Assembly: GCA_035221665.1 (NCBI GenBank)
Contig: CM069146.1
Span: forward strand, 23,064,001-23,128,000
DNA: 64,000 bases
Direction of reading: 5' to 3'
From: Okamejei kenojei
Lineage: Eukaryota
The position numbers were made by a program, and so were the translations under genes. Below are positions 12,745-26,213 of the stretch, piece after piece. Numbering within the stretch: the first letter of the stretch is position 1; every line of letters begins with the position of its first letter. The notes under the pieces were generated by a model. It did not search any database. It saw nothing but the letters and a program-made list of their open reading frames with translations, and was not told the origin of the DNA.

Positions 12745-14354
12745 CAGTGGCTTGCAAAAGTATTCATACCCCTTGAACTTTTCCACATTTTGTCACGTTA
12801 CAACCACAAACGTAAATGTATTTTATTGGGATTTTATGTGATGGACCAACACAAAGTGGCGCATAATTGTGAAGTGGAAGGGAAATGATACATGGTTTTC
12901 AAATCTTTTTACAAATAAAAAACTGAAAAGTGTGGCGTGCAAAAGTATTCAGCCCCCTTTACTCTGATACCCCTAAATAAAATCCAGTGCAACCAATTGC
13001 CTTCAGAAGTCACCTAATTAGTAAATAAAGTCCACTTGTGTGTAATCTAATCTCAGTATAAATACAGCTGTTCTGTGAAGGCCTCAGAGGTTTGTTAGAG
13101 AACTTAAGTGAACAAACAGCATCATGAAGCCCGAGGAACACACCAGACAGGTCAGGGATAAAGTTGTGGAGAAGTTTAAAGCAGGGTTAGGATATAAAAA
13201 AAATATCCCAAGCTTTGAACATCTCATGGAGCACTATTCAATCCATCATCCGAAAATGGAAAGAGTATGGCACAACTGCAAACCTACCAAGACATGGCCG
13301 TCCACCTAAACTGACAGGCTTTTGAGAGCAGACAAGGAGAGCATTGATCAGAGAAGCGGCCAAGAGGCCCATGGTAACTCTGGAGGAGCTGCAGAGATCC
13401 ACAGCTCAGGTGGGAGAATCTGTCCACAGGACAACTATTAGTCGTGCACTCCACAAATCGGTCCTTTATGGAAGAGTGGCAAGAAGAAAGCCATAAGAGC
13501 TCCCGTTTGCAGTTTGCCACAAGCCATGTGGGCGACACAGCAAACATGTGGAGGAAGGTGCTCTGGTCTGATGAGACCAACATTGAAGTTTTTGGCCTAA
13601 ATGCAAAACACTATGTGTGGCGTAAAACTAACACTGCACATCACCCTGAACACACCATCCCCACTGTGAAACATGGTGGTGGCAGCATCATGCTGTGGGG
13701 ATGCTTTTCTTCAGCAGGGATAGTGAAGCTGGTCAGAGTTGATGGGAAGATGGATGGAGCCAAATACAGAGCAATCTTGGATGAAAACCTGTTAGAGTCT
13801 GCAAAAGACTTGAGACTGGGGCGGAGGCTCACCTTCCAGCAGGTCAACGACCCTAAACATACAGCCAGAGCTACAATGGAATGGTTCAGATCAAAGCATA
13901 TTCATGTGTTAGAATGGCCCAGTCAAAGTTCAGACCTCAATCCAATTGAGGATCTCTGGCAAGACTTGAAAATTGCTGTTCACAGACACGCTCCATCCAA
14001 TCTGACTGAGCTTGAGCTATTTTGCAAAGAAGAATGGGCAAAAATTTCAGTCTCTAGATCTGCAAAGCTGGTAGAGACATACCCCAAAGGACTTGCAGCT
14101 GTAATTGCAGCGAAAGGTGGTTCTACAAAGTATTGACTCAGGGGGCTGAATACGTTTGCACGCCACACTTTTCAGTTTTTTTATTTGTAATAAAATTTGG
14201 AATCCATGTATAATTTTCCTTCCGCTTCACAATTATGCACCACTTTGTGTTCGTCTATCACATAAAATCCCAATAAAATACATTTACGTTTGTGGTTGTA
14301 ACGTGACAAAACGTGGAAAAGTTCAAGGGGTATGAATACTTTTGCAAGCCACTG
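12745..14354 (+). mobile_element. Tc1/mariner DNA transposon, Passport-like IR/DR type, full length, inactive
   Basis: TA target duplication (12743-44, 14355-56). Long TIRs of about 213 bp (12745-12957, 14141-14354) begin CAGTGGCTTGCAAAAGTATTCA and contain an inner repeat of TGCAAAAGTATTCA. Transposase remnant lies between them. Confidence 0.95.
13124..14136 (+). pseudogene. Tc1 (DD34E) transposase pseudogene
   Basis: MKPEEHTRQVRDKVVEKFKAGLGYKK, frameshifts, then VLWSDET, TVKHGGGSIMLWGCFS, FQQVNDPKH, WPSQSSDLNPIE, AAKGGSTKY. The second catalytic D of QQDN reads V. Confidence 0.92.
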
Positions 14355-14669
14355 TATGCCTTTTCAAAAGGAAGAGGTTATTCTGCCAGAGAATGGTTTG
14401 AATTTGAAATGCATCACATCAATGGGTGGTGGAGGTAGGGATTCTTACAACATCTAAAAAAAAACTAGTCGGGCACTTGATCCGTTAGAAGGCAATGGGC
14501 CAAGTGCTGGAAAATTAGATCAAAATAAAATGATATTTGATATTGTGCCACAGGGCCTGTTTCTGTGCTGTATAACTAATTTTACTACTGAAAATCTGCA
14601 AGTTGGTGGCATAACTGAATAATGTGGGTAGGGGGATGAATGCAGGTGGAGAAAGGTTGTGGGTGACTC

Positions 14670-15510
14670 AAAGGTTCAAAGGTTCATTTATTGTCACATA
14701 CACCAATTGGTGTAGTGAAGTTCGAGTTGCCATTGCAGCACATTAATAAGAATACAACATAACATTATAAAGGAATTTAACATTAAACATAAAAAAACAT
14801 CCCCCCACAACGGTTCCCACTGTGAGGGAAGGCACAAAGTCAAGTCCCCAACCCCTTGTCCACCCATAGTCGGGCCTATTGAGGTCTCCGCAATCGCCAC
14901 CACGGCGGCCCGATGTTTCAGGCCCTTCTCGCCGGGAGATGGTGCTCCGGCGTCGGGAGAACCCTCTCAGCAGCTTGGGATAGCAGGAATGGCCACTTCC
15001 TTACCAGAGACCGCGGCTTCCGAAGCGAACAGGCCGCACTGGACGGAGCTCCACCGCTGGCCATCTCGGCGAGAGATCCCAGGCTCCGCGGTGTTGAAGT
15101 CAGCGCCGCCGCCCGCGGCTGGCCCCTCCACAGACCCGCAGCTCCGCGATGTTCTATCGGCGGACTCAGCATTCCGGAGCTCCAGCGCGGTGACCCGGGA
15201 AAGGCATCGCCCGCTCTGGGATAGAGCTCCAGTGCAGTACTGCCACCGAAGCCATGGTTCTGGCCAGTTCCCTCAGGAAAAGCCGCTCCAGACCCGATGG
15301 TAGGCCGCGAGGACGGGTCGAAGATGCTGCTCGGAGGAAAGCTGACTCTCTGACCAGGTAGGAACTAGGAAAAGCAGTTTCCCCCTTCCCCACCCCACCC
15401 CCCACATAAAAAGACTAGACCTCCAAAACAAAACACTATTTTAACAGATTAAAATTAAAAAAAGAAGTGAAAAGATGGACAGCTGCAGGCGGGGCAGCCA
15501 TACCCAACTG
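14670..15510 (-). mobile_element. GC/CpG-rich non-coding retroposon-like insertion with gtgacaataaa(tgaacctt)n tail
   Basis: Minus-strand end gtgacaataaatgaacctttgaacctttga. The 3' part resembles 49245-49405. No credible ORF. Confidence 0.55.
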
Positions 15511-16369
15511 GATGGTGTCCCCTTAACTCTGACTGTAAATACATTATTTACTGTCACAATCAGTTTGGTTGCAATTTTCTCTCTAAATTAAACATGGTTA
15601 TACATTGGCTAGAAGCCTTTTTTTCAATGACTAAAATTGCCAATTGCACCAAAATTTCCAAATGACCAACAAAATGGCTTGACCTGAACCAAAAATTAAA
15701 AATGTAAAAAGGTCCTTAAATAAGCAAGGAGCTGAACCATCAAATGATCCTTCACATAAAACCATCTGCAGCAATGAAAGCAGTGCTCAACATTATTCTC
15801 CTGGGCCAATATTCATGTTTTGACCAACATCACAAAGAAGACATGTGTCTGGTTAGATGTGTGCAAGAGGTTTATGGGACTTTGCAATGTCCAAATTCCT
15901 TCATCTTAGTCATTAGTTACAAAGTACTTTGAGAAGTCGTGGGGTTGCAAGCAACATATGTTATTACAAAATGTAGACTCAAGAAACTGCGGATGCTGGT
16001 TTATAAAAATCGCAAAGTGCTAGAGTAACTCAGTGGGACAGGCAACATCTCTTCAGTTTGAAGAGAGGTCCTGACTTGAAACGCCACCTGTCCATATTGT
16101 GACCTGAACTGCTGAGTTACTCCAGCACTTTTTGTCGTACAAGGTTTTACACATTTTGAATTGAAGACTCGTCTAGTTACGGGGAAATGCCAATAAATAT
16201 ATTTTATATGGACATGCAGAAAGCATTTGATAATGTCCCTCAGTAGGGCTGTGTAGTACAAAGTCTGTAGCTAATAAGTTAAAACTCATGGAATGCACCG
16301 TGGGAAAGAAAGATGGATGCAGAGTGGCAGACAGCATTTAAGAAGTGTATAGAAAAGCAGTTGAATCAT

Positions 16370-17175
16370 AGAACATAGAAAATAGGTGCAGGAGGAGGCC
16401 ATTCGGCCCTTCGAGCCAGCACCGCCATCCAATATGATCATGGCTGTCAATAACCTGTGCCTGCCTGCTCCCCGTATCTCTTAATTCCACTAGCCCCTAG
16501 AGCTCTATCTCGCCCTTAAATCCATCCAGTGATTTGGCCTCCACTGCCCTCTGTGGCAGGGAATTCCATAAATTCACAACTCTCTGGGTAAAAAAGTTTT
16601 TTCTCAGCTCAGTCTTAAATGACCTCCCCTTTATTCTAAGACTGTGGCCCCTGGTTCTGGACTCACCCAACATTGGGAACATTTTTCCTGCATCTAGCTT
16701 GTCCAGTCCTTTTATAAATTTATATCTTTCTATAAGATTCCCCCTCATCCTTCTAAACTCCAGTGAATACAAGCCTGGTCTTTTCAATCTTTCCTCATAT
16801 GACAGTCCCGCCATCCCAGGGATCAATCTCGTGAACCTACGCTGCACTGCCTTAATCACAAGGATGTCCTTCCACAAATTAGTAGACCAAAACGGTACAC
16901 AATACTCCAGATGTGGTCTCACCAGACCCCTTTACAACTGCAGAAGAACCTCTTTACTCCTGTACTGAAATCCTCTTGTTATGAAGGTCAACATTCCAAT
17001 AGCTTTCTTCACTGCCTGCTGTACCTGCACGCCAACTTTCAATGACTGGTGTACAAGGACACCCAGGTCTCGCTGTACCTCCCCCTTACCTAACCTAACC
17101 CCATTGAGATAATAATCTGCCCCGTTGTTTTTGCCGCCAAAGTGGATAACCTCACATTTATCTATATTATACTGC
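16370..17175 (-). mobile_element. CR1 LINE 3' fragment
   Basis: [46 protein letters not shown] on the minus strand, with tail. Confidence 0.92.
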
Positions 17176-20100
17176 GGGGACGGTGAAGCAAATGGCTTGT
17201 TTCTATAAAAAAGACACAAAATGCTGGAGTAACTCACCGGGTTAGGCAGCATCCCTGGAGAACATGGATAGTGACGTTTTGGGTTGGCACCCTTCTCCAC
17301 GCCACACGACTCTGAGTTGAGCAGCATCTGTGTGGCATGTAGAATAATTAGACTTTTGAGAGAGTGTGGAAACAGGCCCTTTGGCCGAGCGAGGCTGTGC
17401 CGACCAGCAATCACACTGAACACTAGCACTATCCCACATGCTAGGGACAATTTACAATTTTTACTGAAACCAATTAACCTGCAAACCTGTATGTGTCTTT
17501 GGCGTTTGGGAGGAAACCTAGAACACACAGAGAAAGCCTATGCTGTCACAGGGAGAATGTACAAACTCCTTACAGGCAGCACCTATAATCAGCATCGAAC
17601 CCGGGACTCTGGCACTGTAAAGCAGCAACTCTACTGCTGTGCCACTGTGCTGCCCCAAACATTGCCAAGGTATGTCCTATCACAGAAAGTCATGTGTAAT
17701 CCAATCTGACCAGATATCCCCATCAGCTGATAAAAGCCAGTGACAGCAAGGTGCTAGGCAATGGCCATCTAGTCTTGACATTCAAACGACTTGGAGGACA
17801 CCATTCATCCCAAGACGTAAGGAAGTTACGACAATAGGTTATATGTTAGGTGGCTAAAGATCTACCAAATGGAGTACAGCATTGGGAATTGTGAAGTGGT
17901 CCATTTTATCATGAAAATTATTTTTTTAATTGTTAAATCTAAATGGTGAGGGATTGCAAATGGATGCGCAAGTAGGGCAAGTAATGAGGAAAGCTAACAG
18001 AACATTTCCATTGATTGCTAGGAATATTGATTACCAGAATATGGGGTTAATGCTTCGTAGGACATCGGTGAGACCACGTTGGAGCACTGCTTACATTATG
18101 GGTCATCTTATTTAAGAAGGCTAATGTATTAGAAGTTGTTCAGATAAAGTTCGCTGTACAAATAATTGGAATGATTTAGATCCACCATCTATCTCGTTGA
18201 TGACCCTTGGTCTATCTTTTATCGGACTTTACTGGACTTTATCTTACACTAAATGTTATTCCCTTTATCTTGCATCTGTGCACTGTGGATGGCTTGATTG
18301 TAATCATGTACAGTCTTTTTGCTGACTGGGTTGCAAAGATGGTAGTTCAGGACCTTCCTCTAGTTGGTGACAGGATCAGTTCCAGAGACAAGATCCAATG
18401 CTGGTTCTCTTGCTGGAGAACAATGCAATTCAGTGCGTGGCAGACCCCCAAATATGACTGGAGTGCTTGGACTTTCTACGTAATAGGTGTTTGGTACGCA
18501 GCCAGTCATCAGCTGCTTCTGGAACCCCTTCTGACTTTACTGACCCTGGAGGAACAAAGATGTTTTGTCCTGAATGCTTTCCATCTGAGGAAGATCTGCT
18601 TTTAGTTTGCAAACAGCATAATTTTGTACAAATAAGAAAGTCCTGTTTGTTCAACTGAACACAACGATTAGTCTGTGTATTTTGAAGTGCATGCCAACTT
18701 CCGCAGTCAATAGTATTTACAGCGGCATCTCCTCTTGTTTCTTGGCATGAAAACATCAAAGCTTACTTGTACAGTACTGGTTGCCCTGTCATTGGAAGGA
18801 TGTCATTAAACTGGAAAGGGTGCAAAAAAGATTTAATAGGATGTTATTGGCTATGTAAACTTTGGCTTGTTCGGAGAGGCTGGAAAGGCTGTCTTTGGAG
18901 CTGAGGAAATCATGAGGGGCATAGCTAAGATATAAAATCATGAGGGGCATAGCTAAGGTGAATCGATAGTCTTTTCCCTAGGGTAAGGGAGTCAAAACCG
19001 GAGGGCATTGGTTTAAGGTGAGAGGGGAAAGGTTTAAAAGGGTCTAACTAAGGGGTTGCTTTTTCAACACAGAAGCTGGTGCGAATATGGAGGATGTGGT
19101 AGAGTGGGTACAATTATGACATTTAAGCGATCCTTGAACAGGTACATGGATGGGAAAGATTTGGAGGGATATAGGGCAGACAGAAGTAAGTGGGACTAGT
19201 TTGGTTGGACAACTTGTTGGCATGGATAAGTTGGATTGGAGGACCTGTTTCCAGATGGTTTAGCTCTTTGACACTATAACGCCATGACATTGCTTCCACG
19301 TTAGAGTTCAAATTTGAATACTTTGGTGGCCTCGTTTTACCCCCTCCTAAACTCGCCCTGTCCATTGCTGCTCTAAAAGAGAGGGACTTTTGTTGTCTGA
19401 TGAGTTGTAGACTGAGGCTCACGGTGTGTCTATTTTCCGCTGGGTCATGTAAGTAGGCAGAAAGTGGTAGAGGGAATAGGGGAGGGAATTATTCTACAGT
19501 GAGGAGCTTGGCAACCATAGGCATGGCCTCCACTGGTAGGGAGATTTAACTTGTGGAGGCCAGAATTGGAAGAGTTGCAGATCTCAGATAGTTTTGGGCT
19601 GGAGGAGATTCGAGAGAGGGTGGAAGGGGCTAGACCATAGAAGGATTTGAAAACAATGGTATAACTTTCAAAATGGGCTATGTTGCTTACTCGGCAGACT
19701 AAGAGGAAAGTGGTTCAGGGAGGTCGTTGTCTTCAAGAGAAAGTGGTTGAAAATACATTCCAGAGACTGTTAGACTCAGCCCAGTCCATCACAGGCACAG
19801 CCCTCCCCACTGCCTCCCATTGAAAGCATCTAATAAGGTGATGCCTCAAGAAGGCGGCATCTATCTTTAAGGATCCCCACCGTCTAGGGCATGCCATCTT
19901 CTCATTACTACAGAAGGTCCAGAGGCATGAAGCCCCACATCCCCAGACTCAGGAACAACTGCTTTCCTCATTGTTTAGCTTTCTAATTACGTTCTTGCAC
20001 TACTCCCTTGTTTTTTGTCCAGTTTTAAAAAAATGTGTGTAATTTATGTCTAATTTATTTTTGTCTGTTTATTTTAATCCGTGTTCCTTTGTTACTATAA

Positions 20101-21869
20101 AAATATGTTTCATTGTTTCTTATACCTTCCTGCCCTTATGCATACCACAATAAACTTGAACTTTTTAAATTCCGATCAAGAAAGAAAATCAAACCGCATC
20201 ATCAAACATTTCCTCAACCCCTCTTAGCAGAAACAGATCTAGCGTCAAACTTCTGTTGGTGGTTTATTCATCAAAGGATGAATGAGACTCTCTTCCTCCT
20301 TATGAATTGGCCTTCTTTGTTGCATGTCCCAACCAATAGCCCCCAACAACTGATGTGGCTTAATGTGAAACAGCAACAAACTAATCCTGCCAAACTCCCG
20401 CAGGGTTGCAGCTGGGAAGATCCATTTAAAAATCTTCCCCATGACACTCCATCATTACAGCACAGTGACGCATCAGGCTGCCTCACCACTCCAGCGACTC
20501 AAGTTCAATCTCTGTCTTCTGGAGCTGACTGTGTGGAGTTTGCACATTCTTGTTGACTGCCTGGATTTCTCCCCCTCAGCAGTCGGTGCTCCTGCTTCCT
20601 CTGATGACCCAGAGAATTTAGACTACAGAGATGCAAAGTGGTAACAGGCCCTTCGGCCCACCAAGTCCGCGCCTATCAGCGATCACTGTATGCTAGCACT
20701 ATCTACGCACTAGTGACAATTTATAATTTACAAAAGCCAATTAACCTACAGACCTGTACGTCTTCGGATTGTGGGAGGATACCGGCACATCTGGAGAAAG
20801 CCCCCACAGTTACACGGAGAACGCACAAATTCCCTACAGGCAACATCTGTAGTCGGGATCGAACCCGGGTCTCTGACGCTGTGAGGGAGCAACACTACCA
20901 CTGTGCCACTATGTTGTCGATTGTAAATGGGGTGGCTGCCATCAGTTGCCCTCGGTGTAAAGGAGCAGTGAGAAAATAAAGGTGGAGTTGATGGTCAGAT
21001 GAACGAGGAGGAAATTACCAGGAAATAAGTTGGCAAATGGGATTGCTCTGATAGCCAGCATAGGCTGATCTGCCTAATGGCCTATATCAGAAGAAAACAT
21101 GAAAAATACATACTTTGGACTATTGAATTATTAACTCCAAACACCATTTGATGTCACTTTTTTTACACATTACATACTTCTGATATAGGACGCCATTTGT
21201 GACATGTGACAATAAACTAAACACCAATAAATTAAACATTAAGTGTGCATAACTGCAGCAGTCCAGGGACTTTTGTCTGCAGTTGGCACCAGAGAGGTTA
21301 CCATTCTCCCTTCCCCTCAAACCATATCCTCTACCCCACATCTTCCAAAGATGCCTACTGATGGCCAGTGTGAGTCAGACCAGTAGGGACATACTCCATG
21401 CTGGAATGTAACATTGAGGAAATGGTGGCAGGGTTCTGAAAGGATTGGGCAATGTGGATCTATGAAAGGGAAATTATGTTTGACAAGTATGTTTTGAAGT
21501 TGTAACTAGCACTATAAGGGCAAACCAGTGGCTGTTGTGTATTTAAGGGGGCCTTTTATAATGTGCCAGATAAGAGACTAGAGTCAAGAATCAAGTGTTT
21601 AATTGTCATGTATTCTAACTTGCTGCAGCTTCACAGACATATTAACACAATAACCCAAATAAATAGAATAATCAATGAAACAAATTAATAATCAGTAATA
21701 TTACAGCAAAATTAGCATGCATGGTTGGTATAGGCAAGTTTGGTTGGAGGGCCTGGTTCCATGCTGTATGACTCTAAAACTCTATAGTATTAGGCATTAT
21801 ACCAATGTGGATTAGTTAATAAATGCAAAGGAAAGAAAAAGTATAAATGGGTCATTTGCAGAGAGTCAT

Positions 21870-22340
21870 AGATTCATACAGAGTGGCAACAGGCCCTTTG
21901 GGCCAACTTGCCCACCCCGACCAACATGCTCCATCTACACACTCCACCTACCTGCATTTGGCCCATATCCTTCTAAACCCATCATCCATGCACCTGTCCA
22001 AATGTTTTTTTAACATTATGATAGTACCTGCATCTACTACCTCCTCTGGCAGCTCGTACCATATACTTACCACCCTTTGCGTAAAAAAATTGCCCCTCAG
22101 GTTCCTATTAGATCTTTGATCCTTTCTGCGCCCCACCTGTAAACATGTATCCTCTGGATCATGATTCCCCTACACTGGGTAAAAGACTGTGCATTTACCT
22201 ATCAGTTCCTCTCATGATCCTATACACCTAAAAAGATCACCTATCATCTCCTGCGCTCCAAGGAATAATGTCCTGGCCTGCTCAATCTCTTCTTATAGCT
22301 CAGGCAACATTTCGTAAATCTTCCTTGCACCCTTTCCAGC
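21870..22340 (-). mobile_element. CR1 LINE 3' fragment
   Basis: NFFTQRVVSIWYELPEEVVDAGTI...KKHLD. Confidence 0.8.
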
Positions 22341-22959
22341 TTAAAATCAATGCAGGAATCAATGCTGGGGATCCAGCTATTCATAGTCTATAGTAACGAT
22401 GTAGATGAGGAAATTAATTGTAATGTATCCACATAGAGTGTCCACACTCTGGCTGGGCTGTGGAAAGAAGCAGAAAGGCTTCGGGGAGGTAAGGATATGC
22501 TAAGTGAAAAGGCAGGGAGGTGACAGATGAAACATAATGCCATCTACTTTGTTGGAAAAAAATTGAAAAATTGAGTAGGTTTTTAAATGGCAAGAAATTT
22601 AAAGGTATTTGGCATTCAAAGGGATCTGAATAACTATGTACATGAACCATTGAAAGTTAAAAAAAAACTTTTTGAGATACAGTGCGGAAACAAGCCCTTT
22701 GGCCCACCAAGTCCATGCTGACCAGCGATCACCCTGTACGCTAACACTATCCCACACACTTGGGACAACTTTTACAATTTACAGAAGCCATTTAACCTAC
22801 AAACCTGCATGTCTTTGGAGTACGGGAGGAAACCGGAGCACCCGGTAAAAGAACTGCCAATGTCATTCTTGTAACAGCAAGTTTGCCACCTGAGAAGTGG
22901 AAAAAAAAGACCAGGTATCGAGCTTCAAAGAACACGGGGTGATCTCATTGAATTTTGGG

Positions 22960-23340
22960 GGAGACCTAATAGAAGTGTATACAATTATGAGAGACATTGA
23001 TACTATATACAGACAGAACCTTTTTTCCCAGGATGGAAAAATCAAATACTAGAGGATATAGCTTTAAGGTAAGAGGGACAAAGTTTAAAGGAGATGTGTG
23101 ATGCAGTTTTTTACACAGAGGGTGGTGGGTGCCTGGAGTGCTTTGCCAGAGGTGATGGTGGAAGCAGATATGATAGTGACATTTAAGAGACTTTTGGATA
23201 GGCGCATGGATATGCAGGAGAATGGAGGGATATGGATTGTGTTGGCAGATAAAGGTTGGTCTTGGCATCATATTCGGTATAGGTCATGTGGGTAGAAACA
23301 TCTGTTCTTGTGCTCTTCTGTTCAATGTTCTTTGTTCTAT
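22960..23340 (+). mobile_element. CR1 LINE 3' fragment
   Basis: [21 protein letters not shown]...FKRLLD and a TGTTC-type tail. Confidence 0.8.
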
Positions 23341-24917
23341 GAAAGGAACACAATTCTTTCAGGGCTTGAGATGGTAGATGAGGAGTTGATGTTTCCTCTG
23401 AATGGGGTTTCTAGAACCAATTTGTAGACGCAATAAGAGGTTGACAATTAGGATAGAGGTTGGAAGAAATGTCTTCGTCCATCAGATGACATCTTCAATT
23501 GTTCATCTAAGAGGGCCGTGGAGCCTCAGTCACTGACCAGATTCAAGGTGGAGTTTAGAGATACACTGCGGAAACAGGCCCACCGAGACTGCGCTGACCA
23601 GCGATCCCCGTGCAGTAACACTATCTACACACTAGGGACTATTTACAATTTACAGAAGTCAATTAACCTACTAACCTACAGAGAGTGAGAGGAAACCAAA
23701 GATCTTGAAAAAATCGACGCCCTCGCGGGGAGAACGAAAAACTCCGTACAGGCAGCACCCGTAGTCGGGATCGGACCCGGGTCTCTGTCGCTGCAAGTGC
23801 TGTAAGCCACTGTGCCACCAGGTAGAGATTTGACAATATTAAGGGAAACAAGGGTTGAGCAGTTTTGAACAAAATTGGTGGTGAGGTTAAAAACCTTTTG
23901 AATGATGGAGCAGTCAAGAGGGATTAAAAGCCTTCCCCTGCTTCTATTTCCCATGTTCGCTCATGTTTCTACCAACGGTTCTCAACCTTTCACAATTGAT
24001 GGTAATTGTAACCAGGATAGCTGATCAGCCAATTGGCATGCTGCATGATCTAAAACATAACATTGAGCTAATGAGCAGATCATCTGCCCATCGGTGCTAA
24101 ATCTCTCCCCTTGCACTTCTTTCCTCTTTTAAGATGCTTTTTAAAATTTGACTCTTTGACAAAGCTGTGCGTCGCCCTTTTTAGTCTCCCCATTTGGCTC
24201 ACGTCTGGTAGTTAAAAGCGCAGTAGACGGCTGTGTTGATTAATTGCTACTGTTGGAAGCTGAGTGGGACCTGTTATCCATAATCCTTAATGGTGTTGGG
24301 TAGTTCATCTGCCTCTTTCCCACTGTTCCCAATATCCCCAGCCCTTAGATGTAGTATGGTAATACTGCACAGGCCTGTGTTCAATATGTCCATCACTTAA
24401 ATACACCTACCTTAATCATGTTCACTTAGCTATCCGAACATCTCAAACCCAATTGAGGCCAGATGTGATGATGATGTGAACTGCACAGAAGTGGCCCTGG
24501 AGCTGTAGCTTTTACCTCGATTGAACATAAATATTAAGTTTATGATCTCTGGGAGTGTGTTTGGAGGAGGAATCATTGTCATGAGGTTTCCCTTTCTAAA
24601 AGTAATCTTCAACAATGGTTCATGCAGGTACATAGCAACATTTAAAAGACATTTGACCAGATACATGGATAGGAAAGGTTTAGAGGGATATGGGTCAAAT
24701 GCATGAAAATAGTAAGATTAAACGAGAACTTACCTTGTTCGAAGTTTGATCTTTATTTTATGATGAGTTACGATGAGGGATTACGTGAATCATCTCGTAA
24801 TGCTCAGCATACTTCATAGCAGTGGCGTGAAAACACAGAACCAATATCCGAAGTAAGATAGTAAGGCTCACACAAGACAAGATGATCGTTTAGATTATGA
24901 GGGTCGGGAGCGGAGGG

Positions 24918-25030
24918 CACGTAATCCCTCAATGTAACTCCTCACAAAATAAAGATCAAACTTCGAACAGGTAAGTTCTCATTTAATCTTACTATTTTAC
25001 TTTGGAGTCACATGAGTGACTACATGAAGA
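24918..25030. repeat. DIRS internal complementary region (ICR)
   Basis: 24918-24998 is the near reverse complement of 24706-24787. 24994-25030 is the near reverse complement of about 28644-28680. The two halves overlap at ATTTT. Confidence 0.92.
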
Positions 25031-25244
25031 TTTTGAAGCTCTGTGATTTTCATGTCGTAGATTCATTCCATACGACACACTGCTTCAGTTGACACAGTAG
25101 TGAGTAAATAATATTATTGAACATTGCTTGAATTATGCAATAAGTATTTTAATAATAATAAAAGAAAGAAAAGTAATAACCCCTCTATCCTAGGGGAAGA
25201 TTACAACAAAAGATATGAATCATTACATAAAAGAAAGCAAATAA

Positions 25245-26205
25245 TCAAACAGAACCCAACCCAGCATGTCCAAACTCTGGCACCATGAGAACAGTTTTAT
25301 TGTAAAACTTGGAAAAAATTTCTTCTTTACACCATCCTGCGGCCTCTAAAATTTGGTCGAGCGGCACGTCCTGTGCCTTCACCGCGGATGTGGACGCTGC
25401 CCTGGTGGAGTGAGATTTAAACACATCAGTGTCTACTCCAACTAAATCCAAAACCTGTTATAACCATCTAGAAATAGTTTTTACTGACACTTTTTTGTAT
25501 GTTTTTTTACGGGTAATAAGCATTGCTGTCTCACAACCTTGGAGACTCTTGGTTACTCCAATATATTGAGTCAGATGCTTAACCACACACAATGTTTGGT
25601 CGACAGGGTATGCTCTAAAGATTACCTTGGGTCCAGACTTCCCTGGTCTGCTTTGTTTGATTAGATCATAAACATAAAAAGTAATGTTATCTGCAGACAA
25701 ATGCATACAATCTAAACGTAACATTTGCAATGTTTGTACTCTTTCTGCTGACACTAATGCCATGAGCATTACTACTTTAAATGTTAATTTCTGAAAAGAC
25801 AATGACGTAATTGGAGCCTATTGCCGAAGCAATGTTAGAACTATACTAACATCCCTCATTTCTGTATATCTGGGTTTGGGAGGATTTTGAATTAAAAATC
25901 CCTCTCATAAATCGGGATATTAATGGATGAGACCCGATAGATAGATGTTCTGAAAATTGTTGTAAATAGGAAGATAAAGCCCCACGAGCACTATTAATGG
26001 CACTATAACTAAGGTGCTGATCAAAATGCAACATAGCAAGGAACTCGAATACATCCAATATGTTTGTAGTATGATAAGATATATCTGACTGAATACAAAA
26101 AGCTTCCCATTTCTTTATATGAGACATATATTGTTTCTTAGTGCTATCTCTCCAAGCTGCAGTTATGACATCCATGGTCCTATCCGACAGTCCAAGCCCT
26201 AGCAA
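25245..26205 (-). pseudogene. DIRS tyrosine recombinase, fragmented into three ORFs
   Basis: STKKQY...W..FC, LSYSAINSARGALS, LMALVSAERV (R), IKQSRPG (K), HSTRAASTS (HxxR), AAGW, FSKFY (Y). Confidence 0.9.
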
Positions 26206-26213
26206 TGGTCTGG

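Noticed and set aside
9074-18958. Short tandem duplications (19 bp at about 9074-9111; about 23 bp at about 18908-18957)
   Set aside because: Ordinary slippage duplications inside decayed CR1 copies.
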